DNA of 64,000 nt from positions 12,060-76,059 of the forward strand of contig VXPQ01000053.1 in NCBI GenBank assembly GCA_009839485.1, written 5' to 3'. This DNA comes from Bacteroidetes bacterium SB0662_bin_6 (GTDB lineage Bacteria > Bacteroidota > Rhodothermia > Rhodothermales > VXPQ01). Each line of letters opens with the position of its first letter. Positions within the stretch are counted from its first letter, which is position 1. Both the position numbers and the translations under genes were made by a program. The notes under the pieces are model-generated. The model was not told the origin of the DNA, searched no databases, and saw only the letters and a program-made list of their open reading frames with translations. Positions 56,724 through 64,000 of this stretch are shown here, in pieces.

Positions 56724-57935
56724 TTATATAGGAATTGCCCGGACATGTTCCTGTACGACTCGCCGGGCTTCGGTATCGCAGGCAATGAGATCCTCCAGTT
56801 CCGGATGCGCTTTTACCGGCACGCTGCCGAGCGCATGTTCAATAGCAGCGGGAATATCCGTAAAGCGGATTCTTTTCGCCAGGAAAAGCTCGACCGCCTG
56901 TTCGTTCGCGGCATTCAGAATTGCAGGCGCCGCCCCCCCGGCCTCAAGCGCCTGGTATGCGAGATCAAGGCATGGAAATTTGGCATGGTCGGGCGGTTCG
57001 AAGTGCAAATGCATGGTCCCCGACCAGTCAAGGCGTTCGTGCGGCGCGGGCCAACGCTCCGGATAGCTGAGCGCATACTGGATCGGCACGCGCATATCGG
57101 GCAGGCCCAGTTGCGCCTTTGCGGACCCATCCGCAAAAGCAACAAAGGAATGTACAATGGATTGGGGGTGCACCAGTATCGAGATGCGGTTTGCCGGGAT
57201 GTCGAAAAGCCAGCGGGCCTCCACCACTTCCAGCCCCTTGTTCATCATGGTGGCCGAATCGATCGTAATCTTTGTCCCCATCGACCAGTTCGGGTGCGCC
57301 AGCGCCTCCTCCTTTGTAATATCCCTGAATGTTTCCGCCGGGCGGGTCCGAAACGGTCCTCCCGATGCAGTCAGAATAAGGGATTCGACACTATTCGCCG
57401 GTTCCCCGACAAGACACTGAAAAATAGCGGAATGCTCACTGTCAACGGGCACAAGCGTTCCCTTGTGTGCTTTCAGGAGATGCGTGACCAGTTGCCCGGC
57501 GACGACCAGGGTTTCCTTGTTCGCCAGCGCTACTTTCTTGCCCGCCCGGACGGCTGCGATCACCGACTCGAGCCCGGCGAACCCTACAAGCGCCGCCACC
57601 ACCGTATTCACCCCATCGAGTGCAGCCGCCTCGCAAAGCCCTTCCCGTCCTGCCAGCACGCGGATGCCCAGCGGTCCGAGCGCCTGTTTGACCTGTTTCC
57701 TGCGCCGGGCATCGCCGATGACCACGCATTCGGGCAAAAATTCCCGAGCCTGAGCAATCAAAAGATCGGCATTCGTGCCGGCTGTCAGGGCACAGACATC
57801 GAAGCGATCCGGAAAAAGACGTACGATATCCAGTGTCTGCGTGCCAATGGAGCCGGTCGAACCCAATACGCTGAGCCGCTTGACCTCCGCCCCCCGGTTT
57901 TCCGGTTCCTGATTCCTTGCACGCTTCGGGCACAT
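56724..57935 (-). CDS. dxr: 1-deoxy-D-xylulose-5-phosphate reductoisomerase
   Basis: LSVLGSTGSIGTQTLDIV, LANKETLV, VDSEHSAIFQCL and HPNWSMG. Confidence 0.93.
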   Translation of the reverse strand: MCPKRARNQEPENRGAEVKRLSVLGSTGSIGTQTLDIVRLFPDRFDVCALTAGTNADLLIAQAREFLPECVVIGDARRRKQVKQALGPLGIRVLAGREGLCEAAALDGVNTVVAALVGFAGLESVIAAVRAGKKVALANKETLVVAGQLVTHLLKAHKGTLVPVDSEHSAIFQCLVGEPANSVESLILTASGGPFRTRPAETFRDITKEEALAHPNWSMGTKITIDSATMMNKGLEVVEARWLFDIPANRISILVHPQSIVHSFVAFADGSAKAQLGLPDMRVPIQYALSYPERWPAPHERLDWSGTMHLHFEPPDHAKFPCLDLAYQALEAGGAAPAILNAANEQAVELFLAKRIRFTDIPAAIEHALGSVPVKAHPELEDLIACDTEARRVVQEHVRAIPI

Positions 57936-58093
57936 GTAATTCTGACGGCTTGGTCCGTTATTGCGTATACCCCTAAACAAATCCGCTGTCCGGCACAGCA
58001 GCGACCTGTGGCATGAAACATACCGCGCAGGAGTGCAATATCAAAAGGTGGTCAGATCCGAGTTTCCCGCGCCTGCGCTCTGCGGATACCCCT

Positions 58094-59971
58094 ATGAAAC
58101 GAACATTCCCGTCCGTCCGGTCATGGATAGGCGCCGTGGTACTTACCGTTCTTACAGGTGCACCGGTTCTCAATGCGGCGGGGCAACAGCAGGAAAATCC
58201 TCAAATTGTCCGATTCCGTCTGGCCGACACGTTCCTGCGCTCGGGACAATTCGATCAGGCCATCGGCCTGCTGGAAGATCTTTATGCGGAAGCGCCTCAG
58301 AACGATGCATTCTACGAAAAGCTGAAAGAAGCGTACGAGAATGTAAAGCGCTATGAAGAAGCCGCCGCGCTGATCAAGGTGCGGCTGGCGGATACGCGGT
58401 CTGCAGCGCTTCTTTCGGATCTTGCGCACATCCGCTATTTGCAGGGCAACGAACAGGAGGCCTACGCTACGTGGCAGGAGGCTGTGGAAACGGCCCCAAC
58501 CGATCCGAACACCTATCGCGTCGTGTACCGCTCCCTGCTCGGCGTGCGGCAGTTCGAACACGCGGTTTTGCTACTCGAACAGGCGCGTTCAGCCACCGGG
58601 CAGGCCGCGCTGTTCCGTGTGGAACTGGCCTATCTGTGCAGCATTTCGGGCCTGCACGAAAAAGCCGCGGAGGAATACCTCGCCCTCCTGAAAGAGAATG
58701 ACCAGCACCTCAACTTCGTGCGTTCGCGGTTGGGGTCTTTTCTGATAGAGGAAGAAGCGCTGGCGTCAAGCCTCGTCGTAGTGCAGGACGCCGTCCGCAC
58801 GGATCCGTTATACCGGGCATGGCGCGAATTGCTGGGGTGGTTGTACGTAGAAGCAGAGGATTTCGGAAACGCGCTCGGGGAATACCGGGCGGTGGATGGA
58901 CTGGAAGGCGGACAAGGTCATATGCTGTTCGAATTCGCCCACACAGCCGCCGACGCTGGCGCCTGGAATAAAGCTTCTGAGGCCTACCGGGAAGTACTGG
59001 CGCGGTATCCGGATGCCCCGGCGGCGCCTCGCACACTCGCTGCATTCGGAGCGATGCATATACGCTGGGCGGCGGAAATCGGCGAACGCGCCTTCGACGA
59101 AAGCGGAAATCGAATCGAGGCGCCGCACTATGACGAAGCACTCGCGGCATACCAGACCTTCCTGCAGCAATATCCAAACCACGAACTGTATCCGGATGTG
59201 CTGCACCGCATCGGGCGGCTGCAACAGGATGTTTTTTTTGACACAGGTTCTGCCGAGGCGATCTTCCGGCAAGTTGTTTCCACCTTCCCGAATACCCGCG
59301 CCGCCGATCAGGCGGCTTTCGATCTGGCCGGTATTGCAATCATCCATGGCCAACTCGACGATGCCCGCCTTCGTTTCGGCCGACTCATCGAACGACTCAG
59401 AACAGGAGATCTTGTCGAACAGGCTCGTTTCAATCTGGCCAGCATTCATATGTTCGCAGGGGAATTCGACGCAGCACAGTCACTGGTAGACATTATCGAT
59501 GCACATACCTCGACCGACGTTTCGAACGACGCTATTGCATTGAAAATCCTGTTGCTTGAAAATCGTGGCCCCGACTCGCTCGACATGCCGCTCAGGCGGT
59601 ATGCAAGCGCCCTGCTCGCCCGGGAACAACGCCGCCCTATGGCCGCCCTTGATTCGGTGGACGCGCTGCTTGCCATGTACCCAAGCCATGCGCTTGCCGA
59701 CGAAGCCCGCTTCCTGCGTGGAGAAATCCTGCGGGCCACCGGACGAAGGCAGGAAGCGTATGAAACCTTTGCGGAAATCCCCCTGATGTATCCGGCAAGT
59801 TTCCTGGCGGATCGGGCGCTTTTTGAGGCTGCCGGGATATTGTCGGGCGAAGCAGGCAAAAAGGAAGAAGCAATCGCCGCATATCAGCGTCTGTTGTCCG
59901 AATATCCGGGTTCCCTGTTTGCAGACGAGGCGCGCGATCATATACGCCGCCTCCGCGGCGACGGCGTATGA
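58094..59971 (+). CDS. tetratricopeptide-repeat protein (secreted or periplasmic)
   Basis: Signal peptide MKRTFPSVRSWIGAVVLTVLTGAPVLNAAGQ. Many TPR-like helical pairs, for example FLRSGQFDQAIGLLEDLY and the C-terminal YPGSLFADEARDHIRRL. Confidence 0.75.
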   Translation: MKRTFPSVRSWIGAVVLTVLTGAPVLNAAGQQQENPQIVRFRLADTFLRSGQFDQAIGLLEDLYAEAPQNDAFYEKLKEAYENVKRYEEAAALIKVRLADTRSAALLSDLAHIRYLQGNEQEAYATWQEAVETAPTDPNTYRVVYRSLLGVRQFEHAVLLLEQARSATGQAALFRVELAYLCSISGLHEKAAEEYLALLKENDQHLNFVRSRLGSFLIEEEALASSLVVVQDAVRTDPLYRAWRELLGWLYVEAEDFGNALGEYRAVDGLEGGQGHMLFEFAHTAADAGAWNKASEAYREVLARYPDAPAAPRTLAAFGAMHIRWAAEIGERAFDESGNRIEAPHYDEALAAYQTFLQQYPNHELYPDVLHRIGRLQQDVFFDTGSAEAIFRQVVSTFPNTRAADQAAFDLAGIAIIHGQLDDARLRFGRLIERLRTGDLVEQARFNLASIHMFAGEFDAAQSLVDIIDAHTSTDVSNDAIALKILLLENRGPDSLDMPLRRYASALLAREQRRPMAALDSVDALLAMYPSHALADEARFLRGEILRATGRRQEAYETFAEIPLMYPASFLADRALFEAAGILSGEAGKKEEAIAAYQRLLSEYPGSLFADEARDHIRRLRGDGV

Positions 59972-60005
59972 AACGACCCGCATTCCGAAGTAATATCCCA
60001 AAAAA

Positions 60006-61283
60006 ATGATGTCCTTGCGCAGCATTCGTTTTCTTTTTCTGGCAGCGGCCCTGTCGCTTGCCACATTATCCGCAAGAGCGCAGGATATCCTGATTCCTAT
60101 GGATATCCGACAGTCCAATCATCTTAAGGCATACGGAATCGTATTCTGGCTGCTCGAACAGGGTGAAACGGTAGACTGGCTGCTAAACTACCGGGGGGGC
60201 TCGTTCCTGGCCAGCGGGTTCGATGGCCTTGAACAGGAATTGCAGGTGCGTGGCGTTCATTTCGAACGGATCGACACGGGCGCATCCGCCCGCATCATTG
60301 CAGAGGTGGAAAGCGAAGAACATAACACTGCCGTCGTACGCCTGGAGACCGCGCCGAACATTGCCGTGTACGCTCCGGAACAAACGCTGCCGTGGGACGA
60401 CGCCGTACTGCTTGCGCTCGAATATGCCGAGGTAACGTACGACATCCTGTACGACGACAAGATTCTCGATGGAAACCTCCGGGAATACGACTGGCTACAC
60501 CTTCATCATGAAGATTTCACAGGTCAGTACGGAAAATTTCTGCAATACCGGAATGTACCCTGGTACATCGAACAGCAGCGTGACACCGAGCAAATGGCCG
60601 CACGGTACGGTTTTCGCAAGGCAAGCCGCCTCAAACTGGAAGTGGCGCAAACCATCAAGGAATATGTAAGAGAAGGAGGGTTCCTTTTTGCCATGTGCTC
60701 CGGCACCGATACCTACGACATTGCGCTGGCGGCCCATCGAACGGACATCGTCCCGGCGGAGTATGACGGCGACCCGGTGGATCCTGACGCATTGTCGCGT
60801 CTTGATTTCGACATGACGCTGGCCTTCGAAAACTTCACCCCTGTCTTCCATCCCGCCGAGTACGAACACGCGAACATTGATACCGGGCCTCCTCCTCCCG
60901 CGTTGCGTAATCAGGCTATCGACTATTTCACCCTGTTTGAATTCAGCGCAAAATGGGATCCGGTGCCCACCATGTTAACCCAGAACCATGTGGCGACACT
61001 CAAGGGATTTATTGGACAAACAACCAATTTCCGCAAAGCATTCATCAAGCCATCGGTGGTCGTGCTTGCGGAAGCGCCGAACAGAGATGAAGTCAAATAC
61101 CTGCACGGAAATTTTGGAGAAGGGACCTTCACGTTCTATGCCGGACACGACCCCGAAGATTATCAGCATTACGTAGGCGATCCCCCTACTGATTTGGATC
61201 TGCACAAAAACTCGCCGGGCTACCGCCTCATTCTGAACAATATTCTCTTCCCCGCAGCGAAGAAGAAAAAACAAAAAACCTGA
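60006..61283 (+). CDS. conserved secreted hypothetical protein (function unknown)
   Basis: Signal peptide MMSLRSIRFLFLAAALSLATLSARAQ. The N-terminal block QSNHLKAYGIVFWLLEQGETVDWLLNYRGGSFL recalls a Bacteroidota family I remember as often labelled asparagine synthetase B. It has a GGFLFAMCSGTD motif. Confidence 0.7.
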   Translation: MMSLRSIRFLFLAAALSLATLSARAQDILIPMDIRQSNHLKAYGIVFWLLEQGETVDWLLNYRGGSFLASGFDGLEQELQVRGVHFERIDTGASARIIAEVESEEHNTAVVRLETAPNIAVYAPEQTLPWDDAVLLALEYAEVTYDILYDDKILDGNLREYDWLHLHHEDFTGQYGKFLQYRNVPWYIEQQRDTEQMAARYGFRKASRLKLEVAQTIKEYVREGGFLFAMCSGTDTYDIALAAHRTDIVPAEYDGDPVDPDALSRLDFDMTLAFENFTPVFHPAEYEHANIDTGPPPPALRNQAIDYFTLFEFSAKWDPVPTMLTQNHVATLKGFIGQTTNFRKAFIKPSVVVLAEAPNRDEVKYLHGNFGEGTFTFYAGHDPEDYQHYVGDPPTDLDLHKNSPGYRLILNNILFPAAKKKKQKT

Positions 61284-61328
61284 CCGCTATACCCGTTGGT
61301 CGTGTCCTCCGCAATTTTTTTCTTTACT

Positions 61329-61811
61329 ATGGATGACCCCAAAGCAAGGGCGCCGTGGGCCGTAACGGCAATAATTGTCTTCGTGCTGGCAATGACCGGA
61401 GCCGGGCGGGCGCATGCCCAACAGCCTCCGGGGAAAACGGGTATCGGCGTACAGTTCGGGCAACCCGGCGGCGTTTCCGTGAAACTGTATCGAAAGCCGG
61501 GATTCGCATACGAGGGGCTGGCTGCATGGAATCTCAGCGATTTTTTCTTCCTCAGCGGGCACGCGCTGTATGAACGCACCATTCCCGATTCCCCCCTCGG
61601 TTATTACCTTGGACCGGGCGGAATAGCAGGGATACAACAAGAAGATTCGCAAAGCGATTTCGTCGTTGGCGTCAGCGGGACCTTCGGAGTCCACTTTTTT
61701 GTGGAGCGCTACGAAGTGTTTTTACAAGTTAACCCCCGATTCGAACTGCTTCCCGGCACAGAAGGCCATATCGGGGGCGGGATCGGGGTGCGCTACTATT
61801 TCAGGAAATAA
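61329..61811 (+). CDS. small secreted / possible outer-membrane beta-strand protein
   Basis: A signal-like N-terminus (WAVTAIIVFVLAMTGAGRAHAQQ) and alternating hydrophobic patterns (GIGVQFGQPGGVSVKLY, VVGVSGTFGVHFFV, GGGIGVRYYF). I recognise no family. Confidence 0.5.
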   Translation: MDDPKARAPWAVTAIIVFVLAMTGAGRAHAQQPPGKTGIGVQFGQPGGVSVKLYRKPGFAYEGLAAWNLSDFFFLSGHALYERTIPDSPLGYYLGPGGIAGIQQEDSQSDFVVGVSGTFGVHFFVERYEVFLQVNPRFELLPGTEGHIGGGIGVRYYFRK

Positions 61812-61857
61812 CGGCTGCTATCCGGCCCCCGCGTTCCCCGGGTGAACGGGACTACCG

Positions 61858-62769
61858 ATGTTATATGAGCGCGTACTCGTAACGGGAGCGAACGGTCTGC
61901 TTGGCAGAGAACTGGTCAGCCTGCTTGGCCGGTTTTCCGAATATGACGTACTGGCTACGGGGCGACGTGCAACGACGCGCTCCGAGGGCTCGTACGGATA
62001 CATGCCCCTGGACATTACGGTACGGCGCGACGTGCAGCGCGCCATTCGGGATTTCGAACCCACCGTAGTGATAAACTGTGCAGCAATGACCGATGTCGAT
62101 CGTTGTGAAACAGAGCGGGAGGCATGCTGGAAAGTGAACGTGGAAGCGGTAGAAACACTGGCACAGCAGTGCAGCGATACCGGTGCCCGGCTCATCCAGC
62201 TTTCCACGGATTTCGTGTTCAATGGACTGGATGGACCGTATGAAGAAAGCGCTCGTCCGGACCCTGTGAATTTCTACGGAAAATCCAAACAGGCTGCCGA
62301 AAATGCGGCGCGGAGAGCAGGCTTCGACAAATGGACCATCGCCCGGACAGTGCTGGTCTATGGCACAGGAGCATATACGGACCGGTCTGATTTCGTACTT
62401 TGGTTGTTGAATCGGCTGTCTTCGGGACAATCCGTGCAAATCGTTACGGACCAGTGGCGAACCCCTACTTGCGTGGCCGACCTTGCCCTGGGCATTGAGC
62501 GTATCGTGCGGCGGGGGCGTGGAGGAATTTTCCATCTCTCCGGGATGGAATGGATGTCCATATATGATTTTGCTCAAACGATCGCCGACGTTTTCGGGCT
62601 GGACAGTGCCCTGATACGACCGGTCGACGCCTCGACATTCCGACAAACCGCCGCTCGACCGGCAAAAACAGGTTTTATCATTCTGAAAGCGCAAACGGAA
62701 CTCGATTACCGCCCCAGACCTGTCCGGGAGGCTCTTCGCAGAATCGGCGTCCGCCTTGGCCTTGTGTAG
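61858..62769 (+). CDS. rfbD: dTDP-4-dehydrorhamnose reductase-like SDR (RmlD family)
   Basis: VLVTGANGLLGREL, VINCAAMTDVDRCE, STDFVFNG and the YGKSK catalytic motif. Confidence 0.82.
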   Translation: MLYERVLVTGANGLLGRELVSLLGRFSEYDVLATGRRATTRSEGSYGYMPLDITVRRDVQRAIRDFEPTVVINCAAMTDVDRCETEREACWKVNVEAVETLAQQCSDTGARLIQLSTDFVFNGLDGPYEESARPDPVNFYGKSKQAAENAARRAGFDKWTIARTVLVYGTGAYTDRSDFVLWLLNRLSSGQSVQIVTDQWRTPTCVADLALGIERIVRRGRGGIFHLSGMEWMSIYDFAQTIADVFGLDSALIRPVDASTFRQTAARPAKTGFIILKAQTELDYRPRPVREALRRIGVRLGLV

Positions 62770-62817
62770 CATGGCTTCCGGAAAATTTTTCTAATCTACA
62801 ACTGCATCGTCCGCTAC

Positions 62818-64000
62818 GTGATAAACATTCAGGTACTTCGCGAAAACCCCGAGCGCATACGACAAGCGATCCGGGACAAGGGAATCGGGGATCCGGAACT
62901 GGTCGATCAGCTGACGGAACTGGACCGCAGGCGCCGGGATCACCTGGCGGCTCTCCAGGAGGCCCAGGCGCGCTCCAACGCCGTCTCGAAAGACATTGGC
63001 ATATACATGCAAAGCGGGCGTGCGGATGAAGCCAAAGCGCTCATCGAGGAATCGAGCCAACTGAAAACATCCATTCGGGAACGCCAGGAGGCGGCTGCGC
63101 AAGCGAACGAAGACCTTGAACGGGGCCTCCTTGAAATTCCCAATCTCCCCCACCCCGATGTGCCCCTCGGGCACACGCCCGAGGATAACAAAATCATCGC
63201 CCGGCACGGTGTGCAGCGCACGTTCGATTTCGACCCGCTTTCCCACTGGGAACTGGCCGAGCGGCATGGCCTGATCGACTTTGAGCGCGGCGCCAAAGTC
63301 TCGGGAGCCGGATTTCCGTTTTATACAGGCAAGGGAGCGCGCTTGCAACGGGCGCTGATGAATTACTTTCTGGACCTCGCCGTAGATCAGGGGGGCTACG
63401 AAGAAATGCAGGCGCCCCTGCTCGTCAATGCGGACAGTGCGCGCGGCACCGGGCAACTGCCCGATAAGGAGGACCTCATGTACGAAGTGTCCCGGGACGG
63501 ATTGTACCTGATCCCCACCGCCGAGGTACCGGTTACGAACGTGCATCGCGCAGAGATTCTTGACGGGAGCCGCCTGCCGGTCAAATATGCGGCCTGGACC
63601 CCGTGCTTCCGGCGAGAGGCCGGTTCGTACGGCAAGGATGTGCGCGGACTGAACCGCCTGCACCAGTTCGACAAGGTGGAATTGGTCTGGTTTACCCGGC
63701 CGGAGCACAGTTACGAGGCGCTGGAAACGCTGCGCAACGATGCGGAGCGCCCGCTGAAGGCGCTGGAACTGCCCTATCGCGTACTGCTGATGTGCACCGG
63801 GGACATGGGGTTTGCGCAAGCCAAAAAATACGACCTGGAAGTATGGAGCCCGGGCCAGGGCCGGTGGCTCGAAGTGTCCTCCATATCGAACTTCGAGGAT
63901 TTTCAGGCCCGGCGGATGCAGATTCGGTGTCGGCTCGAAGACCGCAAAAAACCGGCGCTCGTGCATACGCTCAATGGATCGGGACTGGCATTTCCCCGTA
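62818..64000 (+). CDS. serS: seryl-tRNA synthetase (C-terminus off the right edge)
   Basis: The frame is open to the window end, so it is absent from the track. From the GTG at 62818 it reads (M)INIQVLRENPERIRQAIRDKG...FYTGKGARLQRALMNYFLD...TAEVPVTN...TPCFRREAGSYGKDVRGLNRLHQFDKVE...SNFEDFQARR. An in-frame TAG at 62767 limits the start. Confidence 0.92.
   Translation, partial: MINIQVLRENPERIRQAIRDKGIGDPELVDQLTELDRRRRDHLAALQEAQARSNAVSKDIGIYMQSGRADEAKALIEESSQLKTSIRERQEAAAQANEDLERGLLEIPNLPHPDVPLGHTPEDNKIIARHGVQRTFDFDPLSHWELAERHGLIDFERGAKVSGAGFPFYTGKGARLQRALMNYFLDLAVDQGGYEEMQAPLLVNADSARGTGQLPDKEDLMYEVSRDGLYLIPTAEVPVTNVHRAEILDGSRLPVKYAAWTPCFRREAGSYGKDVRGLNRLHQFDKVELVWFTRPEHSYEALETLRNDAERPLKALELPYRVLLMCTGDMGFAQAKKYDLEVWSPGQGRWLEVSSISNFEDFQARRMQIRCRLEDRKKPALVHTLNGSGLAFPR

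Noticed and set aside
62791-63966. A 391-aa minus-strand ORF covering the right end of the window.
   Set aside because: The plus strand encodes a textbook seryl-tRNA synthetase that is open to the window edge and therefore missing from the track. The minus ORF is its shadow.

Overview
Visibly GC-rich bacterial chromosome, almost entirely housekeeping genes. The gene content suggests a Bacteroidota/Rhodothermota-type organism: a T9SS C-terminal sorting domain, tandem Skp genes after bamA, a DUF1080 protein, an argF'-type transcarbamylase and weak Shine-Dalgarno usage. I cannot name the species.

I support about 55 CDS:
- metG (partial) and a secreted spondin-N/T9SS protein
- hisB-proC-hisH-hisA-hisF, then a class-V aminotransferase, a flippase-like membrane protein and a HEAT protein
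- a minus-strand run: rlmB, lgt, hisS, rluD, dprA, obg
- rnhA, then a divergent CDF / ZIP-like metal transporter pair
- purS-pssA-psd-carB-carA on the minus strand
- a TonB-like gene, folK and a DUF1080 gene
- an ECF sigma / anti-sigma / LTXXQ triad
- alaS, mpg, a DUF4097 gene and a PaaI thioesterase
- asd-metX-metY behind a SAM-I riboswitch, then folD
- a seven-gene arginine operon: argG-C-D-F'-B-E-H
- surE, panB, skp, skp, bamA, uppS, rseP, dxr
- a TPR protein, two secreted hypotheticals, rfbD and serS (partial)

There are also tRNA-Ser(CGA), tRNA-Gly(GCC) and a decayed tRNA-Gly-like remnant.

I found no transposase, integrase, CRISPR array, toxin or defence cassette. This looks like ordinary core genome, not an accessory island.

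The points most worth a second look:
- a consensus promoter, ~200-nt structured leader and strong terminator directly upstream of the arg operon, which I cannot assign to any known RNA class
- an in-frame insertion of about 85-90 aa in AlaS
- a small family of intergenic repeats (a 79-bp element with 13-bp inverted termini, a 19-bp inverted pair 2 kb apart, and a copy flanked by an 11-bp direct repeat)
- coding tandem repeats in a CDF transporter and in an LTXXQ stress protein

The ORF track treats GTG and TTG as starts and always reports the longest ORF. Many starts were therefore moved to internal ATGs that agree with neighbouring stop codons and with family N-termini. Two genes open at the window edges (metG, serS) are missing from the track and were read directly from the sequence.
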